Shown: positions 37,761 through 43,842 of the stretch, one piece after another | Layout: the number at the start of each line of letters is the position of its first letter | Position numbering within the stretch: the stretch's first letter is position 1 | The notes under the pieces: generated by a model | Database searches by the model: none | What the model saw: only the letters and a program-made list of their open reading frames with translations | What the model was told of the DNA's origin: nothing | Virus record (IMG/VR): IMGVR_UViG_3300020045_000732 | Location: 1-43,842 of that record | DNA length: 43,842 nt | Strand: one strand, 5' to 3' | From: a virus | Taxonomy: Duplodnaviria; Caudoviricetes | Made by a program: the position numbers and the translations under genes

Positions 37761-37818
37761 AATGCCCGTACACCCAGTGCAGCCTTAAGTGTTATACTTA
37801 CTGGATATAGAAGGCGTT
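37761..37818 (-). other. Long intergenic hairpin, candidate RNase III processing site
   Basis: TATATCCAGT/ACTGGGTGTA 10-bp stem with G-U pairs valid on the - strand, outer GCC/GGC stem. Confidence 0.45.
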
Positions 37819-37825
37819 GTGTTTA

Positions 37826-38419
37826 TCAGGCTGCTTTAGTATTCTTTAGACCTTCAGTTACCCAGTCAGGCTCGTCGCCGTTGAATACCAGTAGGTCAGA
37901 TTCGTTCTCAACAAGGTACTTACGAAGAGCATTGCAGTACTCTTTCATTGTAAGACCTTCGCTTGATACACCGTAAGGATTTGGTGGAAAGATCTTGGTG
38001 TTCAAGTCCATCCAAGTACCCAGCTTGACACGGCGTTCTTCATTGAACAACCACTTGACATCATCGTATGTCAGACCACGCCAGTAGGTGTTAGCAAACC
38101 ACAGACGTGATGTGCGGTAGATCTCAAAGGCGTAGTGAATGAACCATGTGCGTACTTGTTCTTGGGTAGCGGCATCACCACTTACTACCCACTTGTACAA
38201 TTCAGACTGAAGCACGTCTTGGTTGTTTGCTACGTACTCACGAAGGAACTTGGTACGGTTAGAGGGGATAGCATCGGCACAGATAGTGCAAGCAATCATG
38301 GTGTACACCTCAAGGATGTCTTGCCATGAGTCGTGGACGATGGCGTTAGGTGTCATCTGTGCTGCCTTAACACCTTGTGAAGGGGCAAGCAGCAGAACTG
38401 TAGCAGGTTTGGTTGACAT
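37826..38419 (-). CDS. Hypothetical protein
   Basis: 197 aa, AAGGA RBS. Confidence 0.75.
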   Translation of the reverse strand: MSTKPATVLLLAPSQGVKAAQMTPNAIVHDSWQDILEVYTMIACTICADAIPSNRTKFLREYVANNQDVLQSELYKWVVSGDAATQEQVRTWFIHYAFEIYRTSRLWFANTYWRGLTYDDVKWLFNEERRVKLGTWMDLNTKIFPPNPYGVSSEGLTMKEYCNALRKYLVENESDLLVFNGDEPDWVTEGLKNTKAA

Positions 38420-38424
38420 GTAGG

Positions 38425-38640
38425 TTATCCTTTCTTTCTTAATTGATGGCTGGGTTGTTTGACGATGAGGCCTAGAGCTTTGAGCTCACCGTGTTTAAGT
38501 TTACGTTTCATAAGCAAGGCTACAAGTCGGGCTTCGCCCTGTGTACGCGCTCTGAATCGGAAGGTTACTTCGAACTCAGGTAGATTGTGGGCTGGGCGTT
38601 CAGCTTCAGTAGGTACGCCAACAGATTGATTGATAGCCAT
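38425..38640 (-). CDS. Hypothetical basic protein
   Basis: AAGGGA RBS, part of a tight gene chain. Confidence 0.65.
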   Translation of the reverse strand: MAINQSVGVPTEAERPAHNLPEFEVTFRFRARTQGEARLVALLMKRKLKHGELKALGLIVKQPSHQLRKKG

Positions 38641-38644
38641 ATCT

Positions 38645-38917
38645 TTATCCCTTTCTTTTCTTTAGAACAAACGAAGCTACGTTGCTGAGGTTAGCCAACT
38701 CTTCATCTATAGCAACGATGTCAAGAGGGTGGTCAGTTGTACTGAGTGGACGCCCTGTCTTAAGGAACATCAGCTTAGAGTCGTAGTATATCTCACGCTC
38801 TAGGCCAAGCCACTTGATAGCTACGCATCCACTGTTCACATGGTGTGTTACCCATTCGCATGTGTACTTAGTACCTGCCCTTGTGTAAGCGACAGTACCT
38901 TTTGTTATGTCGTACAT
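38645..38917 (-). CDS. Hypothetical protein
   Basis: AAGG RBS, part of a tight gene chain. Confidence 0.7.
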   Translation of the reverse strand: MYDITKGTVAYTRAGTKYTCEWVTHHVNSGCVAIKWLGLEREIYYDSKLMFLKTGRPLSTTDHPLDIVAIDEELANLSNVASFVLKKRKG

Positions 38918-38923
38918 GATGTG

Positions 38924-39145
38924 TTACCTTTGTATTGGTGAGTCAGTAGGCCAGCTGAAGTGCCTGTTTGTTAAGTAATAAACAGTGCCGTGGTTACCCC
39001 AGCCAAGAGGTTGGATATCTTTATGTGCATTATTGAACACAAATACTGCATCGCCACCAATGTAATGTTGTACAATACGGGTGTCAGTAGCAAAATCGCG
39101 TGCATCCTGAAAGGTAAGATTGCGGTCAGGTATTTTGTTTGTCAT
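38924..39145 (-). CDS. Array protein 10 (73 aa)
   Basis: ATGA-coupled. IPD...DFATDT...WPTDSPIQR. Confidence 0.75.
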   Translation of the reverse strand: MTNKIPDRNLTFQDARDFATDTRIVQHYIGGDAVFVFNNAHKDIQPLGWGNHGTVYYLTNRHFSWPTDSPIQR

Positions 39146-39378
39146 TTAGGAGTATCCTTTTCCCAAGGCTCTAACTCGTAACGTTTCTTTACATACCACA
39201 CACCAGGTCTAACACTATATCCAAGAGGTTTTACGTAAGGTGCTTGATTGAATAAGGTTTGAACGCACTCTTTGCCTGAGCCACGCATAAGGCGCTCGTG
39301 CAAATGTACTGTGTCTGTACTGTAGTCAGCTCTTACACCATCAAAGGTAAGGATGCAGTCAGGTATAGGGTTCTTCAT
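39142..39378 (-). CDS. Array protein 9 (78 aa)
   Basis: ATGA-coupled. IPD...DYSTDT...WEKDTPK. Confidence 0.75.
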   Translation of the reverse strand: MKNPIPDCILTFDGVRADYSTDTVHLHERLMRGSGKECVQTLFNQAPYVKPLGYSVRPGVWYVKKRYELEPWEKDTPK

Positions 39379-39635
39379 CTTGGCACCTCAGCGTTAAGCC
39401 ACGTTGGTCGAAGGAATTTACCACATACAATAGAAGTTCGGGGTCCAGCCATGAACTTAGCAAGTGGTGTGAATCCTTCAGGTATAACCTCACCACTTGA
39501 AACGTGCATGATACCTGGCCAGTCACGGTAGTATTTGACTGTGTGATCTAATTGTTTTTTAAACATGACGTATACATTAGGTGTAAGCATAGGCTTCAGC
39601 TTTTGCTGCAATGCGGTTGTGTTATACTGAGTCAT
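39375..39635 (-). CDS. Array protein 8 (86 aa)
   Basis: ATGA-coupled start 39635. Weak N-motif (PMLTPN), C-terminus WLNAEVPR. Confidence 0.7.
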   Translation of the reverse strand: MTQYNTTALQQKLKPMLTPNVYVMFKKQLDHTVKYYRDWPGIMHVSSGEVIPEGFTPLAKFMAGPRTSIVCGKFLRPTWLNAEVPR

Positions 39636-39868
39636 CTTGGTACGCATCCTTCATGCCATAGGTGGTGTACTAAACGGTTATCTTTAAAGGTATACACCCA
39701 ACAACCGTTGGACAATTGGCCTCTGCCTGTTAAACCTAGATTGCCCCCTTCAATAGACTGCCAAGGACCGGCCCATGAGGCAGCTAGTAAGGTGTCAGTC
39801 ATAAGGTCTTCGTAGTTAGGAAGTTTAACAAACAACCACAAGGGGCGTTTTATTCCATAGCGATTCAT
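39632..39868 (-). CDS. Array protein 7 (78 aa)
   Basis: ATGA-coupled start 39868 with GGAGG. LPN..DLMTDT...WHEGCVPR. Confidence 0.75.
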   Translation of the reverse strand: MNRYGIKRPLWLFVKLPNYEDLMTDTLLAASWAGPWQSIEGGNLGLTGRGQLSNGCWVYTFKDNRLVHHLWHEGCVPR

Positions 39869-40023
39869 TGCGGTACCTCCCGCCATTTGGAAAGAGCCCT
39901 TGGGTAAAGAGCGTATGCTCCACCCTCGATAAGGTACTTACATGGCGCTAAGCCAACAGCAAAGAAACAAGTATCGGTAGCGTAGTCTTGTGTGTTAGGT
40001 AAAACTATTAATCTTTCGGACAT
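39865..40023 (-). CDS. Array protein 6 (52 aa)
   Basis: Not in the ORF track. MSERLIVLPNTQDYATDTCFF...KWREVPQ fills the gap exactly. Confidence 0.7.
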   Translation of the reverse strand: MSERLIVLPNTQDYATDTCFFAVGLAPCKYLIEGGAYALYPRALSKWREVPQ

Positions 40024-40027
40024 CTTG

Positions 40028-40216
40028 TTACCTTTGTACTTCCTCTTCTAACCAAGGGTACAACCTTTCTAGTTTGTAGTAGTAGTCTCCATAGAATATA
40101 ACTGGTTGTTCTCTTGTCCGTACGTACCTTGTAGGAAATTGACACCACAGGCCTTGGTCAGTGTCAAGGTCTTCGATCAGTGCATCATCAGGTATGTGTG
40201 TTATAAGGTGTGTCAT
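40028..40216 (-). CDS. Array protein 5 (62 aa)
   Basis: ATGA-coupled start 40216. IPD...DLDTDQ...WLEEEVQR. Confidence 0.72.
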   Translation of the reverse strand: MTHLITHIPDDALIEDLDTDQGLWCQFPTRYVRTREQPVIFYGDYYYKLERLYPWLEEEVQR

Positions 40217-40413
40217 CTTGGTAACATGTCCCTTTCCCATAGGTTTCCCCATGATTTAGTACACCAGACATGCGTACTGCCCCAACTATCTATACGTACA
40301 TCACCAAGTGATGGTCTGTGTTGGAATACAGAGTTCGTTTTCTTACGAGAACTTAAGTACGTGTTGTCAGGTACCATATCTTCCATCTCGTGTACAGTCA
40401 AAGGTTTAGTCAT
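40213..40413 (-). CDS. Array protein 4 (66 aa)
   Basis: ATGA-coupled start 40413. DMVPDN...WERDMLPR. Confidence 0.72.
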   Translation of the reverse strand: MTKPLTVHEMEDMVPDNTYLSSRKKTNSVFQHRPSLGDVRIDSWGSTHVWCTKSWGNLWERDMLPR

Positions 40414-40604
40414 TGCGGAATGTCCCATGGAAACCACCTCGTTCCTACTCTGTACACTAGACAGTACACTCTATGTTCTTCACTTGCCATGAAGGAATGA
40501 GGCGCTCGTTGAATGATCTTTACACCTGCTTTTTTAGCAGAGTACTGCCACCTAGTAACAACAGTACAAGTATCGGTTGCCCAGTCATTGTGGTTGGTTG
40601 TCAT
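40410..40604 (-). CDS. Array protein 3 (64 aa)
   Basis: ATGA-coupled start 40604. DWATDT...WFPWDIPQ. Confidence 0.72.
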   Translation of the reverse strand: MTTNHNDWATDTCTVVTRWQYSAKKAGVKIIQRAPHSFMASEEHRVYCLVYRVGTRWFPWDIPQ

Positions 40605-40813
40605 GGCACAGTCTTTCCCCATACACGGTCTCTGAGTGGAGTGACACAACGTACCCACCCCCTACCGTAGAAGTCTGTATGATACACACCGCCTACTTGT
40701 TTGTGGTAAGGAGTCCTGCTGTCATATGCGAGTCTTGAACCGATAACAGAGGAGTCAGGCAGCATGTCAGCTATTTGTGCTCTTGTTAGCGAGGTAGTAT
40801 CCACTGGTTCCAT
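40601..40813 (-). CDS. Array protein 2 (70 aa)
   Basis: AAGGA RBS, ATG 40813. DMLPDS...WGKTVP. Confidence 0.72.
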   Translation of the reverse strand: MEPVDTTSLTRAQIADMLPDSSVIGSRLAYDSRTPYHKQVGGVYHTDFYGRGWVRCVTPLRDRVWGKTVP

Positions 40814-41070
40814 AGCCAATCCTTTCTTCTAACAAACAGGTAATACTTTTTGGTAGGAGCGAAACCCAAGGTATGAAGTAACGTGTACTTACCCCACTCA
40901 TACGGCATAGAACTATGGGCTATCTCCCAAGTGTCAGGCATACGGTTAGAGTAGTATGCAATAGCTTTAAGGTAGTCAGAACCATGGAACTTGAACTGAA
41001 ACCTAGCCCAGTAAGCGAAGCGAAGCCTTGAATAGATAAGCTTTAGTCTTCTTCGTACCACCATGAGCAT
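40786..41070 (-). CDS. Array protein 1 (94 aa)
   Basis: AAGGGG RBS. NRMPDT...WNQWILPR. Confidence 0.68.
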   Translation of the reverse strand: MLMVVRRRLKLIYSRLRFAYWARFQFKFHGSDYLKAIAYYSNRMPDTWEIAHSSMPYEWGKYTLLHTLGFAPTKKYYLFVRRKDWLWNQWILPR

Positions 41071-41246
41071 GGCAAGACCCCTTCAAGGAAGGTTACGACA
41101 CAGGCTGCAAGGAACATGAGTACGCCTACTGGCCAAGCTAGACCAAACAATAAACCATACTCATAAGGACTGTTATGAGGAAAGAACTTAGACCACAACA
41201 GATAGCACAGTAAACCAGCTAGTAAGTACATGATAACTAAAGACAT
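41043..41246 (-). CDS. Small membrane protein (2 transmembrane helices)
   Basis: AAGGA RBS, two hydrophobic segments, WP motif. Confidence 0.7.
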   Translation of the reverse strand: MSLVIMYLLAGLLCYLLWSKFFPHNSPYEYGLLFGLAWPVGVLMFLAACVVTFLEGVLPCSWWYEED

Positions 41247-41279
41247 ATTATTATCCTTCTTAATGAGTGTTGATTTTAC

Positions 41280-41308
41280 TTGACAGACTTTTAAAGTACC
41301 TGTAGAAT
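41280..41308 (+). promoter_or_regulatory. sigma70-type promoter antisense to the early genes
   Basis: TTGACA (41280-41285), 17 nt, TAGAAT (41303-41308). Confidence 0.65.
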
Positions 41309-41310
41309 AG

Positions 41311-41390
41311 ACTTATAAGGATTACTTAAAAAGAATAATCTAATAAAGATTAACTTAATAAATATACTTACTTATAAGTAACTTATAAGG
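41311..41390. repeat. Degenerate copy of the AT-rich CTTATAAG module at 235-326
   Basis: CTTATAAG at 41312, 41371 and 41382. Colinear similarity with 235-326. Confidence 0.8.
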
Positions 41391-41648
41391 TTAACTCTTG
41401 ATTGTTATCGTGTTACCACACGTACACTGGATAGTATTGTAGCTATACAATGGTGTGTTGGCTTTCTTGTAGTCTTGATAGTGGTAGTTATCAGTAAGCA
41501 ATACCATCATGAGGTCTCTCATACCATTGCCACCCTGTTTAAACTTAGACCATTGCAGTATGTCTTGGGGTCTGATGTCTAGCTTGAACGCCTTGCGTAC
41601 CAAGATAATCTCAACTGAGTAGTCTTCGTATGTCATTACTTGTGGCAT
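41391..41648 (-). CDS. Hypothetical protein
   Basis: AAGGGG RBS, starts 1 nt after the upstream stop. Confidence 0.65.
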   Translation of the reverse strand: MPQVMTYEDYSVEIILVRKAFKLDIRPQDILQWSKFKQGGNGMRDLMMVLLTDNYHYQDYKKANTPLYSYNTIQCTCGNTITIKS

Positions 41649-41649
41649 G

Positions 41650-41775
41650 TTACTTCCCCTTCACCATCATCCATACTACGAATGCAGCCATGCCAAGGAA
41701 GACGGCAAGGACTACAAGTAGATAAGTTTCCCATCCGTACTGGGTCAATACCCACGGAACATTTGATACTAGCAT
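41650..41775 (-). CDS. 41 aa single-pass membrane peptide
   Basis: GGAGG RBS. MLVSNVPWVLTQYGWETYLLVVLAVFLGMAAFVVWMMVKGK. Not in the ORF track. Confidence 0.65.
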   Translation of the reverse strand: MLVSNVPWVLTQYGWETYLLVVLAVFLGMAAFVVWMMVKGK

Positions 41776-41899
41776 ATTAAGTTACCTCCATAAAGTGTGA
41801 ATGAATTTGGGTATGGGTTAACCTATCACCATACATAGGACGCGCTTCGATAAAGGGGAGCGTATAGCCTTACGTGTATTAGGTAAACGAAGCGTATCT

Positions 41900-42463
41900 T
41901 TACGCGACTAGTGCCTTGAGTTTATCCAGCTTGGATTGATCCAGCTTGTCACCCTTAGCTTCGGACGCGCCCTTCTTAAGGCGCGCATCAGCAAGACGAA
42001 TGACGTTCTTAATCATGGCGTCAAGGTCAAGGGGTTTATAGACAGGCTCGTTGCTTGCCTTATACCAAGGTGTTTCAAGCATCTCTCCTAGCTTAAGACT
42101 CTTGGTGTTATCGTACACGGCAAGCCCTTCCTCAAGGTCTTTGTACTTGGGAGTGAGCAAGTCACCCGCTGTAAGGAAACGTACTTGTCCAAAGCGTTCA
42201 AGGTACGCCTTCATTGCATTGATACGCAATCCCGCTGGCATACCGTCAAGCATACGTCTTGTCACTAGAATGTCCTTATGCAGGTACAAGTGACACAAGA
42301 TAGACGATGCAATCAAGTGATACTTTTCTTGTGTAGTCATAGCATGGCTTTGCGCTTCCAGAATAGCAGCGTCAATCTGCTTGCTTGTAACGAGTAACTT
42401 TGTTTCCTTAACAAACTTGTTAACTTGTTGTTCTTCCTTGGTTAGTTTAGTCTTAGTTGTCAT
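41900..42463 (-). CDS. Early hypothetical protein (187 aa)
   Basis: AAGGA RBS, helical. Resembles uncharacterised proteins near the early ends of podovirus genomes (from memory, unverified). Confidence 0.8.
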   Translation of the reverse strand: MTTKTKLTKEEQQVNKFVKETKLLVTSKQIDAAILEAQSHAMTTQEKYHLIASSILCHLYLHKDILVTRRMLDGMPAGLRINAMKAYLERFGQVRFLTAGDLLTPKYKDLEEGLAVYDNTKSLKLGEMLETPWYKASNEPVYKPLDLDAMIKNVIRLADARLKKGASEAKGDKLDQSKLDKLKALVA

Positions 42464-42811
42464 GGTTGATTGTCCTTCTATTATGGTTAGTTACGTCGGT
42501 ACAAGCCCGTAAAGGGCGCATAGACCGCGTAAACCGTCCGTCAATGGTGTGTCTATCGTACTTAACATAACCACACTCCATAAGGGTGAATCCTGTATCG
42601 CAGGGGTCAGCTTATCCAGCTTCATTCTGCATACGTTGGACACACTCGCATTATGGCGCGATTATGGGTATTGATAAACAGCTTCACCTATTCGAGTAGC
42701 CACACATAGTGACCTTATTAGGGCGTTAACGCCTCACTCTTTCGATGCCATGCCGGACAGCTTGCGCCGTCTATGTCGCCCTTAACAGGCGCTTTAACTA
42801 TAGCGGGTTAG

Positions 42812-42976
42812 TCACATGCCGTGTTTGGCTTTCGCCCCCCGTGACATGTTAGACCAGTCCTTTACCTTGCCGTGTAGTCTTGCGAAAGGGAAACTAGATT
42901 GAACAGTTACACCCTCAACTTGCGGAGCATAACGGCGCGCCTTGCGCTTTGCGTTCTTTGAAAGTTTAACTTGCAT
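42812..42976 (-). CDS. 54 aa Arg/Lys-rich peptide, first gene of the early arm
   Basis: GGAGG RBS. MQVKLSKNAKRKARRYAPQVEG...GAKAKHGM. Not in the ORF track. Confidence 0.65.
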   Translation of the reverse strand: MQVKLSKNAKRKARRYAPQVEGVTVQSSFPFARLHGKVKDWSNMSRGAKAKHGM

Positions 42977-43322
42977 CGTATGCCCTCCACTCGTTGCCCC
43001 GTTGCGTCATTGCTCCGGTAAAACCATATGACCCGATAACTCGGTAAACTTCAAACGAAAAGAGCATTCACCCCCTAACATAACAATATTATTACCTAAT
43101 CACCCCGTTAAACTATCTAGTTATTACACGGTTATGATAAAGAAAACCCTTAAAGTAATAAATGGAAAGAACGAATCGATTCGATTGTAACAATATTACC
43201 TTCCCTTATATAGATATATTGAGTAGGTATTCCTTAACCGTTAGGTGTAAATAAAAGTGTTCGCTCTATTGACATTCGCTTTAATCTATGGCAGCCAGTT
43301 AGTTTACATAATAAGATGTAAG

Positions 43323-43351
43323 AGGGTAGACCAAAACAATCGTAATGTCAA
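43323..43351 (-). promoter_or_regulatory. Candidate early sigma70 promoter
   Basis: TTGACA (43351-43346), 17 nt, TACCCT. The -10 is imperfect. Confidence 0.4.
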
Positions 43352-43553
43352 GCTAACAATTTCCTTTACATCCTTCTTATAACGTGCTAGTCACCTTCCT
43401 TATTATGTCAACAGTCCGCCTAACATACTTATAAACCCTTTGCAAGCCAATTCTATATGTCATAAGTACGAGTCAATGTGTTATCGCAATTCCTTTTCTA
43501 GAACAGATAGTGAACAAGTCCCTTAACTTGATAGATTGTTACAAGACTAGGGA

Positions 43554-43581
43554 AGGATAGCGTAATAAACTAACAAGTCAA
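43554..43581 (-). promoter_or_regulatory. Candidate early sigma70 promoter
   Basis: TTGACT (43581-43576), 16 nt, TATCCT. Confidence 0.35.
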
Positions 43582-43721
43582 GCCCCTTTAATAATTATTT
43601 AATAGTCATAACAAGATGATAACCTTCTTATATAGGGTGTATGGGAGTGAAGTGAGAATGATACGCATTATCAACTACTTATGGTAACCCCTTGATATGT
43701 CTAATGATTATGGAACCTATT

Positions 43722-43842
43722 ACCTTCTCATCTTGTAAAGTTTACGATTTGAGAAGCCTTGCGACGATTTGAGAAGGACTTTGAAGGTGTACGCCTTGAC
43801 TTTATAAGGTACTTGCTTCTTGAGGGGTGGGGTAAGGGGGTG
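43722..43842. repeat. Direct terminal repeat, right copy (121 bp)
   Basis: Identical to 1-121. Confidence 0.95.

Noticed and set aside
38924-41070. Diversity-generating retroelement or integron behind the array
   Set aside because: No reverse transcriptase, template/variable repeat pair, integrase or attC-like palindromes seen.
752-42293. Many antisense and off-frame ORFs in the supplied track (e.g. 1399-1950 -, 25975-26409 -, 31236-31769 +)
   Set aside because: They lie within or opposite well-supported genes, break the two-arm strand pattern or lack RBS and motifs. Treated as shadow frames.
42488-42582. Short - strand ORFs inside the structured leader
   Set aside because: Only about 25-42 codons, overlapping predicted stems, no supporting motif. 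RNA structure explains the region better.
43269-43297. + strand TTGACA as a promoter
   Set aside because: No acceptable -10 hexamer at 16-18 nt spacing.
1-43842. Alternative genetic code or prophage context
   Set aside because: Genes tile both arms under the standard code. No integrase, repressor or host flanks recognised.

Overview
The window looks like a complete ~43.7 kb lytic podovirus genome. Bases 1-121 are repeated exactly at 43722-43842. It has the two-arm layout of SIO1/VpV262-like (Zobellviridae-type) phages. The + arm (~500-24840) carries terminase, portal, scaffold, capsid, fibre/tail proteins, internal virion proteins and a lysozyme-holin-spanin cassette, which implies a Gram-negative host. 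The - arm (~43000-24800) carries early genes, T7-like primase-helicase, family A DNA polymerase, SSB, exonuclease, endonuclease I and a metallophosphoesterase. I recognised no RNA polymerase, integrase or ribonucleotide reductase, and the promoters found are sigma70-type. Four things stand out. (1) A translationally coupled array of ten 52-94 aa early proteins with unrelated middles but shared D-hydrophobic-x-[TP]-D-[TSNQ] and C-terminal W..[VIL]P[RQK] motifs. (2) An amidoligase, class II glutamine amidotransferase and GGCT-like operon followed directly by a ~124 nt tRNA-shaped non-coding RNA. (3) A duplicated promoter plus CTTATAAG-rich AT module, one copy antisense within the early region. 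(4) An Arg/Lys-rich first gene embedded in hairpin-rich leader sequence. All product calls come from motif recognition and gene order, not database searches.
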